Assembly: GCA_046882065.1 (NCBI GenBank)
Contig: JBKSMY010000006.1
Coordinates: 5,800 to 69,799 of the forward strand
Direction: 5' to 3'
Length of the DNA: 64,000 nt
From: Alphaproteobacteria bacterium
Lineage (GTDB): Bacteria; Pseudomonadota; Alphaproteobacteria; Rs-D84
Shown: in pieces, positions 19,162-28,101 of the stretch
How the letters are laid out: each line of letters opens with the position of its first letter
How positions within the stretch are numbered: the first letter of the stretch is position 1
Position numbers and translations under genes: made by a program
Notes under the pieces: model-generated
What the model saw: the letters and a program-made list of their open reading frames with translations, nothing else
Databases searched by the model: none
Told to the model about the DNA's origin: nothing

Positions 19162-19793
19162 TTGTTGCGGTATATTGTGTCGTGCGTATGTGGCGTTCCG
19201 ATGTAAATCATTGCCCCATTCGGCGAAAGGATAAAATCTAATTCGCGCAGTCTTTCACGCATTTGTTCCCGTTTCTGCGGGGTGTTTGATGTGTTGGGAA
19301 CTTCGACATCGTCACAAATAATTAGGTCTGCGCGCAATCCTGTAATGTTGCCATGCAAGCCTTGGCAGATGACGGAAGGTTCGCGGATGCCAATTGGTCG
19401 ATTAACCGTTATGCGTGCTGATGCCCATTCTTTTTTATTTTGCGGCACCAAATGGGCGCACCACGGATGATTTTCTAGTATATGCCGAATGTGTGATACC
19501 ATACGCGACGACAGCCCGGATTCCGCAGATAATATCAGTATTCTTGTTTGTGGACGCAGATACAATACACAGGCAACAAAAACACCAACAACTGTTGATT
19601 TGCCAGAATGTCGAAACGCCATCAACAGCCCACGATGTGGCGCATCACACAAAACATCATATAAAAATTCCATAATTTTGCGATGATGCGTTGGCGTCTG
19701 CAACCCCAAGACCCGATTCCATTCATCTAAGAAACTATAAAATTCCGTAATCATCGCGGTTTTCATTCGGGGCAGGTTCTGAAATAAAGCCAT
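19158..19793 (-). pseudogene. terminase large subunit, N-terminal ATPase-domain fragment
   Basis: Walker A is AFRHSGKST and Walker B is LIICDDVE, with a downstream GTP coupling-like motif. It ends after 211 aa with no nuclease domain. Confidence 0.65.
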
Positions 19794-20286
19794 AATCGTT
19801 TATCAATTTAGGCAATGCATTTTCCAGCACCCCAACCAAATTACGATACACCCCCAATACTGCGCCACCGCCCAGTTTATCGCGAATAACGTCATGCGTG
19901 TAATTTATCAACGATTTAACATCATTGTGGATGTTCGCCCATTCAACCAAGTCTGTGTTCACAGAATGTAAATCTTGAAATGCAGACAACAGAAAGTTAA
20001 AATCTGTGTTCAAATCTTCTGGGTCTATTCTGCGAGTTGGTTGATAGTCAATGGTGCGCGATAATGATATTTGTCGAAAAATGTCCAGTTTTGTATCCGC
20101 AGGTGGCGCAACATCAAAAACAACGTTGCCACCAGAAAAATCTTCGTTTGGTAGAACGGCATAATTAAATGCGCCATCCCCTATAACATCATTTATGGCA
20201 ACGCGCACATCTGCGGTCTGAAAAAAAGGAAACACAAACGCAAATTCCGTTGTCAGGCCGTCTGCAATATAAGATATTTTATACAT
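19735..20286 (-). CDS. phage structural/accessory protein, hypothetical (183 aa)
   Basis: ORF in the co-directional phage gene string. Confidence 0.35.
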   Translation of the reverse strand: MYKISYIADGLTTEFAFVFPFFQTADVRVAINDVIGDGAFNYAVLPNEDFSGGNVVFDVAPPADTKLDIFRQISLSRTIDYQPTRRIDPEDLNTDFNFLLSAFQDLHSVNTDLVEWANIHNDVKSLINYTHDVIRDKLGGGAVLGVYRNLVGVLENALPKLINDYGFISEPAPNENRDDYGIL

Positions 20287-20306
20287 AGTATGTCCCCCAC
20301 CCTGCC

Positions 20307-20654
20307 TTAGCCAACCAGGTCATCAAATCTGGACAGCAAAGATTTCAATAAATTTGGTTTCTTGGCGCGTGCATTTTTTAACTTGGTCATATTATTGCGA
20401 CGCTTTTCTTCGTATGGTGCAGACGTTTCCGATTTCAGGCGTTTCAAAACTGCGCCTTCGGTCACGCCGTTTGTGCGCATGCCAGACGCACCATATTTTG
20501 CGCGCTGGGCCGCCAACGCTTTTTTCACCAGGTTTGTTTTTTCTGCTTCGTCCGCAGCCATCTGTGCGATTATTTCTTGGCGTTGATTTTTTGCCGCCTT
20601 TTTAGCGTCTTTGTAATCCAAGATTTCCGTTATATCTGATACAACTTGTCCCAT
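20307..20654 (-). CDS. basic helical phage protein (115 aa); small-terminase or internal protein candidate
   Basis: Lys/Arg-rich composition; position just upstream of TerL. Confidence 0.3.
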   Translation of the reverse strand: MGQVVSDITEILDYKDAKKAAKNQRQEIIAQMAADEAEKTNLVKKALAAQRAKYGASGMRTNGVTEGAVLKRLKSETSAPYEEKRRNNMTKLKNARAKKPNLLKSLLSRFDDLVG

Positions 20655-20681
20655 GTTTATGTCCTTGTGTTTTATAATGTG

Positions 20682-22412
20682 TTAAACCGAGTACCAACCG
20701 TGCAAACTGACAGAAAGTACTGTTGTTGGATAATTTTCGTTGCCGTGCACCGTCCATGCGGGCGTCATACAATCTGTTGTTGTGCCTAATAGATTTATTG
20801 AAACGTCGCCGCTGAATCCAGGACTGGTCGCGGCATATATTTCATTTGGCAAACTAATCTGGAGATTGTTTATTGATATGGATTTAGTATCCAGAACACG
20901 CGCTGTAATCTTGCGCAGGCGCAGACGTGTCGCGTTATGCCCAGATGCGCGTAATGGCATGCCAGATGCCTGAAAAGAAAAACTGTATTTATCTGCATCC
21001 ATCATTGCACCTGCATCAAATCGTTCAAGATAAAACCCATCTTCGCGATGCGTCGCAACATATGTGCGTCCGTCACAGACAGCAACCGATATAAACTGGC
21101 CGCGTGTTTTATATTGCCCCCAGGCAGAAATCCCCAGCGCTGCATTCTGATTTAATACAGCCATCGTGCCGTCAGCCAGTACAACAAACAGCCGACGCGC
21201 TGTATCATTATATGCGATATCTATCGGATTGGTCAGCAGATGCTTGGACAATGCGCATAGGTCATTTGCATTGTAATTTTCACCTAACTCGTCCAATGCT
21301 AATTCGCGAATATCACGACCAGACGCAGATACGAATATGGTCGCACCTTCGATTTTCTGGGGCGGTAAATAACGCACAACATACGAACCAACCGATGTAT
21401 GTTGTTTAATGTCAACAACAGATGGAGTTAGCGGTTTACTGGAAATCGCCCATTCACCAACATTGGTTAAGATTTGTAAAGTATCGCTGCTGACGACGGT
21501 ACAAATCTGTTGACGCTGGGCCGATAACAGAGATATAAATATGGCTTCGTCATCCAGACCCGTGCCAGCATCAAAGTTATTGTGTTGCCCCACGCGTGAC
21601 AACCATATTCCAGCCGGCCATGAACGCGATCCACCGAACACCAAGCGATCCTGGTGAAAGGTGATGCTGCGTGGCCAACCACGACGCGCACCAAACGCAC
21701 ATTCATGCCAATCTGATATGGCGGAATCAGGCAAAGTATAGGTGCCATTTGTGTGTACGACAACCTGGGTTGGACTGATATATTCTATGATTTGCCATTG
21801 GCGATTTAACAAGCGCAAACGACCGCCAACATTTTCAGGTGTCCAAAAATCTGCATTCGTGGTAAATGTTGCATAATTGTTGCCTGATGAATGGGCGCTG
21901 ACCGTTATTTTTATATTAGACGCATCGTCAAATTTTACAAACGGCATATTGACCGTCATATCTGCGTCGTTGCGCGAAAATTCGAATTCACGCAAATAAA
22001 ACCTATTGCCAGATTTGTATAATGTTTGTGGCTGATAATCAGCATGCACAAATATCATTGTGCCAAAACGCTGGGCATACTGTAAATGCGATGCGTCGTT
22101 GTATGACCAAGGTGTTTTTAGCGACTGGTAAAGTGTGTCGCCCAGATATATATCAATGTAAAAATCTGTTATTGCCAACAGATATTCTTCGTCATCAGAA
22201 ACAGAAAAAGGTATTAGGCGTGCTGGGCCTTTGAGTGCGCTGATACTGCGTAAACCTGAACGACGCGACAGGCCACCGCCCGCCAGGACATCCATGTTTT
22301 CCAATCGGGACAGACCGTCTATATTATCGTGCGCATAGAATTCTGGGGCAACCGCACCATTTGCAAATGAATTTTGTGTTTTGATAAAATCTGCCATGCG
22401 AAAATCCCCCAT
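20682..22412 (-). CDS. tail tubular protein B-like (T7 gp12-like), putative
   Basis: 576 aa directly after the gp11-like gene. Local resemblance to T7 gp12 (LAGGGLSRRSG vs LKGGISQQP; FGGSRSW vs FASPRSSF). Recollection-based. Confidence 0.4.
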   Translation of the reverse strand: MGDFRMADFIKTQNSFANGAVAPEFYAHDNIDGLSRLENMDVLAGGGLSRRSGLRSISALKGPARLIPFSVSDDEEYLLAITDFYIDIYLGDTLYQSLKTPWSYNDASHLQYAQRFGTMIFVHADYQPQTLYKSGNRFYLREFEFSRNDADMTVNMPFVKFDDASNIKITVSAHSSGNNYATFTTNADFWTPENVGGRLRLLNRQWQIIEYISPTQVVVHTNGTYTLPDSAISDWHECAFGARRGWPRSITFHQDRLVFGGSRSWPAGIWLSRVGQHNNFDAGTGLDDEAIFISLLSAQRQQICTVVSSDTLQILTNVGEWAISSKPLTPSVVDIKQHTSVGSYVVRYLPPQKIEGATIFVSASGRDIRELALDELGENYNANDLCALSKHLLTNPIDIAYNDTARRLFVVLADGTMAVLNQNAALGISAWGQYKTRGQFISVAVCDGRTYVATHREDGFYLERFDAGAMMDADKYSFSFQASGMPLRASGHNATRLRLRKITARVLDTKSISINNLQISLPNEIYAATSPGFSGDVSINLLGTTTDCMTPAWTVHGNENYPTTVLSVSLHGWYSV

Positions 22413-22931
22413 TTAAAAGCGCGTGTTAACTAATGAAAAATCCGATATACCGTCGATTGTGGCGGTTGTACTGTCTATAAATTTCGCGGTCTGTAATTCT
22501 GTTTCGTATAATGCCGCCAACATACGAAATACTGTTTGATCCCCCATTAAGGGAATACAAAATTCCATCGCCAGTCGCGTTGCCGCCAAGGAAACAAAAT
22601 ATCCTGGGTATAATTCTGGGGCGGTTTTTACGACTGCGGTTATTGTTGTTGTGTCGCCGTCACATAAAATTCTGTTTCCGTTAATGCGTCCAGATGTTTT
22701 TAAAACACGCAGAACGTTGGCAGGAACTAAAAAATCGCCGTTTGTGTTCTTGGTTAAATCCATGGTCTGGGTCGCAAAACGCCACGGGTGGGCAGATATA
22801 ACAGAATCCATCACAGTATCGAATAATGTGCGTGCAAGTTTTGCAGGGGCGCTGTCGTCGGTAAGAGACTGAATTGGCTGTTCGCCAATCTTTAATAACG
22901 CCATCGAACATAAGTCTATTTTGGTAAGCAT
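22413..22931 (-). CDS. tail tubular protein A-like (T7 gp11 family)
   Basis: From internal Met MLTKIDLCSMALLKIGEQPIQSLTDDSAPAKLARTLFDTVMDSVISAHPWRF. This parallels T7 gp11 ..VNDILASIGEPPVSTLEGD..RRILNKINRQIQSRGWTFN. The size is ~172 aa. RBS aaggtg. Confidence 0.5.
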   Translation of the reverse strand: MLTKIDLCSMALLKIGEQPIQSLTDDSAPAKLARTLFDTVMDSVISAHPWRFATQTMDLTKNTNGDFLVPANVLRVLKTSGRINGNRILCDGDTTTITAVVKTAPELYPGYFVSLAATRLAMEFCIPLMGDQTVFRMLAALYETELQTAKFIDSTTATIDGISDFSLVNTRF

Positions 22932-22960
22932 TTTTGCACCTTTGGTTAATAAAAATTTTA

Positions 22961-22980
22961 GGTCGGCAATTTTGCCGACC
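22961..22980 (-). terminator. hairpin ggtcggcaa-aatt-ttgccgacc followed by T-rich tract on minus strand (intra-operon attenuator/terminator)
   Basis: Perfect 9-bp stem between the 77-aa ORF and the gp11-like gene. Confidence 0.35.
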
Positions 22981-23007
22981 TGTAAGGGAAAGGAGAAAAA
23001 AAGTTTG

Positions 23008-23241
23008 TTATGCCAATGCAACTGTTGTTACATTCAAATCTGTGATATTGATTTTCTTAATCGCAGTATTATCAGATGCGTTGATAATAATAATATCACC
23101 TATGTTCATCAATGTTTTGACTGCATTGAAATATCCGTTGGCGGTAATTGTCGCCAATGTTTCAGCCGAGCCACAGTAATGCCACAATGTAAATCCATTT
23201 GCATACGCGATAACAGATAAATTTTTGTTCTGAAAAGCCAT
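23008..23241 (-). CDS. small phage protein (77 aa), hypothetical
   Basis: ORF between capsid and gp11-like genes. Confidence 0.3.
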   Translation of the reverse strand: MAFQNKNLSVIAYANGFTLWHYCGSAETLATITANGYFNAVKTLMNIGDIIIINASDNTAIKKINITDLNVTTVALA

Positions 23242-23280
23242 ATGAGTTTTCCTTTTGGTTAAGTTGAATTTTAAATTGTG

Positions 23281-24102
23281 TTATTCGCCATCCGAACATT
23301 TAACGCGAACAATACCATCTGCATCAATCAAGACCGCGCCTTGGGACATGCTGTTGCTGATAAAGTGCGCAGCACGTTCGCCATGCCATGAAATGTCTGT
23401 CTTGACTTCCTGGCCACAGGCATGACCAATGCTGGATGCGTGATAGATAAAGCAATCACGATTTGTTTCCGTGCCCGGCAGACCGTTATACAGAACCCAT
23501 GTAATGCCCAACCATTTACGCGCAACACCACCATTCAACAATGGCAACGCATCGCCAACATAATCAGCAGAAACAAATTCATCCATGGACAGCAGTTCAT
23601 TCCACTGGCGCACACCAACAACCGCAAAGCGACGCCCATCGTCTGGAACATCGTTAGTGTTCAACACCTCAACCGCAGATAAAATTAAATCCTTGGTAAG
23701 ACCCGTCGAATAATCACCAACGTTTGCTGTCGCATTGTTCATGGCAGATACAATCAATTCGTCTGTTTTGCGACCCAAGGCATATGCGCCCGCAGATGCA
23801 ACAACACGACGTTCATCAATATTGACCTTTAATTCATCCAAAGCATCAACCCAATCGCCCGCATAGTAATCAGACAACATACATTCAACAGGTTCATGAT
23901 TCAGATTCATCACAGGCACAATGCCGTGACGTGATTTTGTGCTGGCCGTGCCACGACCAACCTTTTGAAATGTGGTGGATGCACCGATGACACCCGATTT
24001 GCTGCGAACCGTAGAACGCAGTTTTGTGCCCATTTGCTGATACGCCAAATGAACATCGGCTTCGAATTGTTTCACAAACACATTATCGATGGAAACAGAC
24101 AT
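23281..24102 (-). CDS. major capsid protein (T7 gp10-like / HK97-fold), putative
   Basis: 273 aa. C-terminal YHASSIGHACGQ..AAHFIS resembles the T7 gp10 MHRSAVGTVKL..IAKYAMGHGG region. Preceded by a scaffold-like gene and followed by tail tube genes. RBS aaagga. Confidence 0.45.
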   Translation of the reverse strand: MSVSIDNVFVKQFEADVHLAYQQMGTKLRSTVRSKSGVIGASTTFQKVGRGTASTKSRHGIVPVMNLNHEPVECMLSDYYAGDWVDALDELKVNIDERRVVASAGAYALGRKTDELIVSAMNNATANVGDYSTGLTKDLILSAVEVLNTNDVPDDGRRFAVVGVRQWNELLSMDEFVSADYVGDALPLLNGGVARKWLGITWVLYNGLPGTETNRDCFIYHASSIGHACGQEVKTDISWHGERAAHFISNSMSQGAVLIDADGIVRVKCSDGE

Positions 24103-24290
24103 AGAAAAATCCTTTGCTATAAAAAATTAAACACAGGTGCCAATGTACGGCACCGCAAAATATTTTGTATTTTGGTTGTGCATAAAATGCGCCATCAGAC
24201 AAAAAGTTTTAGGGTCCGCAGATGCGGATTGTCCATAAAAAATATCAGTCAGACCTGCGCAAATATCTGACTGATACTTTTATTAAAAAA

Positions 24291-24306
24291 CCCCGCAATC
24301 GCGGGG
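24291..24306 (-). terminator. ccccgcaatcgcgggg hairpin followed (minus strand) by TTTTTTAATAAAAG; strong terminator right after the repeat-protein gene
   Basis: Seen directly. A second hairpin, tcagtcaga..tctgactga, lies at 24246-24275. Confidence 0.5.
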
Positions 24307-24318
24307 TAAATATTTCAA

Positions 24319-24624
24319 TTATTTTTTCTTGCAAACTTTTTTAGCAGGTGCTTTTTTCGCACATACTTTTTTTGCAACTGGTTTTGCAACTACTTTTTTA
24401 GCAGGTGCTTTCTTTGCAACTGGTTTTGCAACTGGTTTTTTAGCAGGTGCTTTCTTTGCAACTGGTTTTGCAGCCGGTTTTTTAGCAGGCGCTTTCTTTG
24501 CAACTGGTTTTGCAGCCGGTTTTTTAGCAGGTGCTTTCTTTGCAACTGGTTTTGCAGCTGGTTTCGCGGCTGGTTTTTCAGCAACTACTTTCTTTGCTGC
24601 TTTTTTCTTAAACAAGAATGCCAT
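24319..24624 (-). CDS. histone-H1-like basic repeat protein (tandem KPAAKPVAKKAPAK 14-aa repeats)
   Basis: The protein is 101 aa and almost entirely Lys/Ala/Pro/Val. It contains about five tandem repeats and ends in a Cys-containing tail, VCAKKAPAKKVCKKK. Confidence 0.6.
   Translation of the reverse strand: MAFLFKKKAAKKVVAEKPAAKPAAKPVAKKAPAKKPAAKPVAKKAPAKKPAAKPVAKKAPAKKPVAKPVAKKAPAKKVVAKPVAKKVCAKKAPAKKVCKKK
24394..24561. repeat. 42-bp tandem DNA repeat x4 (plus partial copy) inside the basic-protein gene
   Basis: Unit ttttttagcaggtgctttctttgcaactggttttgcaRcYgg recurs at 24394, 24436, 24478 and 24520. Confidence 0.85.
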
Positions 24625-24736
24625 TCTTTCTCTCCTTCAATATAAAAAGTTTTGGACAGAACAAACCTGTTTTGTTCTTAATTGCATTTTATCGTAATTA
24701 CAAAACTTAGTAAAGAAGAAAGTGTGTTTTTTCAAA

Positions 24737-25393
24737 TTATGAATATAATTTTTTAAAACCGTTTTCTATTTTTCGAATGTATTCTAGATCACCATCACGC
24801 CAATATTTTGGATCGCGCATCATGCGACGCAAATCAGAATCTGACAAAATTTCATTTTCATTTTTATCTGTTTTAACGTCAGGCTCCATCGATTGCATCA
24901 TCTTGTAAACGCTTTGGATTCCCTGGGGTGTAGCGCACAACGATTCAAATGCGTCCTGCGGCAAAAAGCGTTCGCCAAATGTATTTATCGCACGCAACGC
25001 ATCTAACATTTTTTCATCGCCACCAAAGAAATTTTTCAATTCATTCATCGCAGATACATCATCACGCGTTGCAAATAATTCTGAAATTACTGGTGATAAA
25101 AAATTGTTCGCAATATCATAAATTTTTTCAACTTGTGTTTTAGTCAAACCAATTTCAAGAAATTTTTGTCGCAGATTTTCATCATCATATAATTCATGAA
25201 CAGGATATTCAGATGCATCATCCGGAACACCAATTGCGCGATTAAATTTCTGACGCGCAGCGCTATCTGAATTTTCATTTGGAACAGACACCATCGTGCC
25301 AATCTTTTTTTCTAATTCATTATACGAACGCATCAACGCGTCTGTATTCAATGTTCCGTCATTATTACGAAATTTTTCTGGGATGTTATCCAT
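24737..25393 (-). CDS. acidic helical protein, scaffolding-protein candidate
   Basis: ~218 aa from internal Met MDNIPEKF (RBS aaggaa), rich in D/E and predicted helices, and located upstream of the capsid gene as in T7 gp9. The long upstream extension is judged non-coding. Confidence 0.3.
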   Translation of the reverse strand: MDNIPEKFRNNDGTLNTDALMRSYNELEKKIGTMVSVPNENSDSAARQKFNRAIGVPDDASEYPVHELYDDENLRQKFLEIGLTKTQVEKIYDIANNFLSPVISELFATRDDVSAMNELKNFFGGDEKMLDALRAINTFGERFLPQDAFESLCATPQGIQSVYKMMQSMEPDVKTDKNENEILSDSDLRRMMRDPKYWRDGDLEYIRKIENGFKKLYS

Positions 25394-25583
25394 TGTCTTT
25401 TCCTTTGGTTTCGTTTGAACGGCGCAGAAAATATATTCCCGCCAATGTAAATATTGCCTGCAACATTGTAAATAAATCTGTATCACCCACCAGGTATGCA
25501 CCAACAGCCGACAAGATACCCGTCGCAGAAATTATGTATGTTCGGTACCCAGACAGGTAGCCACCATGTATTATTCGTTTCAT
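25386..25583 (-). CDS. holin-like small membrane protein
   Basis: 65 aa with two hydrophobic segments and a charged C-terminus, immediately downstream of the lysin gene. Confidence 0.35.
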   Translation of the reverse strand: MKRIIHGGYLSGYRTYIISATGILSAVGAYLVGDTDLFTMLQAIFTLAGIYFLRRSNETKGKDNG

Positions 25584-25595
25584 AGAAATCGCCCA

Positions 25596-26012
25596 TCATA
25601 AATAGAACAATATGCCATCTATGTCTGCAATATATCCGCGCGATGTAGCCCATGCAGGGATTTCATCTGCATAATGAAATTTTGTTGCACCATAACAACT
25701 GTCAGGTAATTGCCCCATCAACATTCGATAGGCCGTACGAACACACATTTGAAACGCACGATTTTGAGCCGGCACATGCAAACGCACATGATTTACATCT
25801 GAATCCGATAATGCCGGAAATATAGTTTTATCACAAATCAAATTAGATATCGTAACACCTGATGCGTCTGATAAATTTTTTATCATTGATGTAAACGCAC
25901 ATACCAATGGCAATGAGACACCACCTGTTTGCGCATAAACAACGCGTGCAATTTTATATGCCATGTTTGTAGTACCAGACGTGTCTGGATTTTTTATCAA
26001 TGTCAGTTGCAT
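25596..26012 (-). CDS. cell-wall hydrolase, SleB-like (Hydrolase_2) phage endolysin
   Basis: IARVVYAQTGGVSLP resembles the SleB/Hydrolase_2 motif (ARVVYAEAxGE); the size is ~138 aa. Confidence 0.55.
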   Translation of the reverse strand: MQLTLIKNPDTSGTTNMAYKIARVVYAQTGGVSLPLVCAFTSMIKNLSDASGVTISNLICDKTIFPALSDSDVNHVRLHVPAQNRAFQMCVRTAYRMLMGQLPDSCYGATKFHYADEIPAWATSRGYIADIDGILFYL

Positions 26013-26181
26013 TTAATGGCCCTATTGTTAGAAAAATAAAACCCATGCAGAAAATGCATGGGAAATAAAAAACCACAACGCATGTTGTGGACAGAATCTG
26101 TGCTGTTTATGTGTTATATAATATCATAAATTCAAACAAAAGTCAAGACAATATTTTCAAACCCGCAGAAATCCGCGATTT

Positions 26182-26862
26182 TTACACACTTATTTCATCA
26201 CCATAAACCAACAAATAGTGTGTACCACGACGTAAAACCAATGCGCCGTTTTCGTTTATTCCAATCAATTCTGCCACTTCGCCCTGGTATTTAACAGGAC
26301 AATTAATACATGCCGCCAGTTCGGTCCAACGGGCACGCACCGCACGAAAATCCGCACGACGCCATTTGTCCATATTGCGCATTAAACGATTCAGTAATTC
26401 GTTCATTGGAATTTCCGAATAGTTATCCATCTTGGTTGTTTTATACCGATCAACCGTTGGATTCGAATTTACATTTATGCCGATTCCAACAACAACAAAG
26501 TTGCCTGAATACTCGATCAATGTGCCCGCTATTTTTTTACCGTCAACCAGAATATCATTTGGCCACTTAATCGTTGGGCGAATGCCAAAGGACGCAATCG
26601 TTTCTGCAATCGCCACCGCCACCGCATAAGACAGACGCGCATCACGTTCAGGAGACGCATAAATAAAACTGATATACAAATTGCCATGATGGGATACCCA
26701 TGTGCGACGCATACGACCGCGCCCCGCAGACTGAGCCGCCGCCAAAACCGCCGTATGGTCAGTTGCACGACCAGATGAAATTAATTCCAGCGCATAATCC
26801 TGGGTACTGGGGATTTTGTCGAAAGATAATAATTTATAGTTTGCCAATGCGATATACCCCAT
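26182..26862 (-). CDS. birA: biotin--[acetyl-CoA-carboxylase] ligase
   Basis: GRGRMRRTWVSHHGNLYISF.. is the BirA catalytic-core motif (GRGRxGRxW). Start placed at internal Met MGYIALANY. Confidence 0.7.
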   Translation of the reverse strand: MGYIALANYKLLSFDKIPSTQDYALELISSGRATDHTAVLAAAQSAGRGRMRRTWVSHHGNLYISFIYASPERDARLSYAVAVAIAETIASFGIRPTIKWPNDILVDGKKIAGTLIEYSGNFVVVGIGINVNSNPTVDRYKTTKMDNYSEIPMNELLNRLMRNMDKWRRADFRAVRARWTELAACINCPVKYQGEVAELIGINENGALVLRRGTHYLLVYGDEISV

Positions 26863-27253
26863 TTGTGTTAACGATAAATCCGCGTCCGTACGTTCGACGC
26901 AGTTGATAAATTGCAGTATCAATTGTATGCGTCGCAACATCGGGCGCATAGCCAAGTACTTCTTTTAATTCATTACCGGTCATACCACCTGATTTGTGCA
27001 ACGACACAAGGATTTGCCCCTGAAGACGAGGCAACGACACGTCTGTGCCAAAAATATCGCGCAAAACACCCGCATCATCGTTCGCACTTAGTATCAAGGA
27101 TTTTAGTTCAAAAGAACTTAAAGGCCCGGAAATGTTCAAATTATCAAAATTTATATCTGTGGAATTTGGCGCGTCCAAAACAGTTGCCCCAAAGTCAGCC
27201 AGGATTTGGCGCCATATTGTGTCTGATGCATAAATACGAACACCGTTTAACAT
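26834..27253 (-). CDS. transcriptional regulator with OmpR/PhoB-type winged-helix DNA-binding domain (no receiver domain)
   Basis: C-terminus LTGNELKEVLGYAPDVATHTIDTAIYQLRRTYG resembles the Trans_reg_C wing. Confidence 0.4.
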   Translation of the reverse strand: MLNGVRIYASDTIWRQILADFGATVLDAPNSTDINFDNLNISGPLSSFELKSLILSANDDAGVLRDIFGTDVSLPRLQGQILVSLHKSGGMTGNELKEVLGYAPDVATHTIDTAIYQLRRTYGRGFIVNTNGVYRIGKL

Positions 27254-27325
27254 GGATTAATTCTAGAATATATAAATTCCCTTGTCCAATAAAAAACCGC
27301 CCAATCGGGCGATTTTGACATACAA

Positions 27326-27517
27326 CTATTTCATTTCTTTTGGGACATTAACAACAATCTTGCCACCCTGCCCCGTTTTAATCCATTCTAGTGCGGCAAT
27401 TCTGCCCTCTACATGCTTTCTGTCTTGCTCGTTATCTAACTTTAATTCCCGCAACAAACGAATTGTATTGTCTATTGATTGGATAATCTCTTCTGTTAAA
27501 ACTTTGTTTTTCAGCAT
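27326..27517 (-). CDS. hypothetical small protein (63 aa)
   Basis: ORF plus downstream terminator (27285-27308). Confidence 0.3.
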   Translation of the reverse strand: MLKNKVLTEEIIQSIDNTIRLLRELKLDNEQDRKHVEGRIAALEWIKTGQGGKIVVNVPKEMK

Positions 27518-27538
27518 GGCTTTCTCCTTCTGTCAAGA

Positions 27539-27982
27539 TTAACGACCTCGTGCAAACCTTTGCGGTTTTAGTAGCATAGCTTGATATTTTAAACCTCCTC
27601 CAATATGCCTATTAATTCTATATGCCTTGGGCTTATAACTTGGTTTCGAAACAGAGAATCCCTTAGAGCTATATGTTATCTCACCCTCGTCGTCTGCTTC
27701 TATTAAATCCGATACCGGAATCTCATATGTTTGCCCATCAGGCGATTCATAGATAACAGTTTCTGCATTAGCTGGAACCTCTATTGTTCCACGGTCTTCT
27801 GGTTTGTAGTTTGTATTATTCAAACGGTCATACGCATCCCAATCAATATTAACACCAGAATCATTTTTCTTGTCATCATCATTTCGCCCAAACCACCCCA
27901 TCTGATACACAATACCAGATTTCTTGGCGTTTGAAACTATTGACTGATTATTTTTAAGAGAATAAGAAATTATAACAATCAA
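27539..27982 (-). CDS. hypothetical protein (147 aa)
   Basis: ORF track only. Confidence 0.3.
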   Translation of the reverse strand: MIVIISYSLKNNQSIVSNAKKSGIVYQMGWFGRNDDDKKNDSGVNIDWDAYDRLNNTNYKPEDRGTIEVPANAETVIYESPDGQTYEIPVSDLIEADDEGEITYSSKGFSVSKPSYKPKAYRINRHIGGGLKYQAMLLKPQRFARGR

Positions 27983-28101
27983 ATTATCTCCTTTGATTAA
28001 TATAATTATCTGATTTTAGTGTAATACAGTATTCTTTATTTTGCAATAAAAAACCGCGGTGGGGTGTCACCGCGGTTCTAGAGTGTCGAAACCATTGAAT
28101 T

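Noticed and set aside
24394-24561. 42-bp tandem repeats considered as a CRISPR array
   Set aside because: The repeats are directly adjacent with no spacers. They are in frame and translate to Lys/Ala/Pro repeats, and no cas genes are present.
24329-24697. 122-aa plus-strand ORF (FATGF repeats) overlapping the basic repeat-protein gene
   Set aside because: This is the mirror reading of the 42-bp tandem repeat. The minus-strand KPAAK protein has a sensible start, a terminator and a biologically familiar composition.
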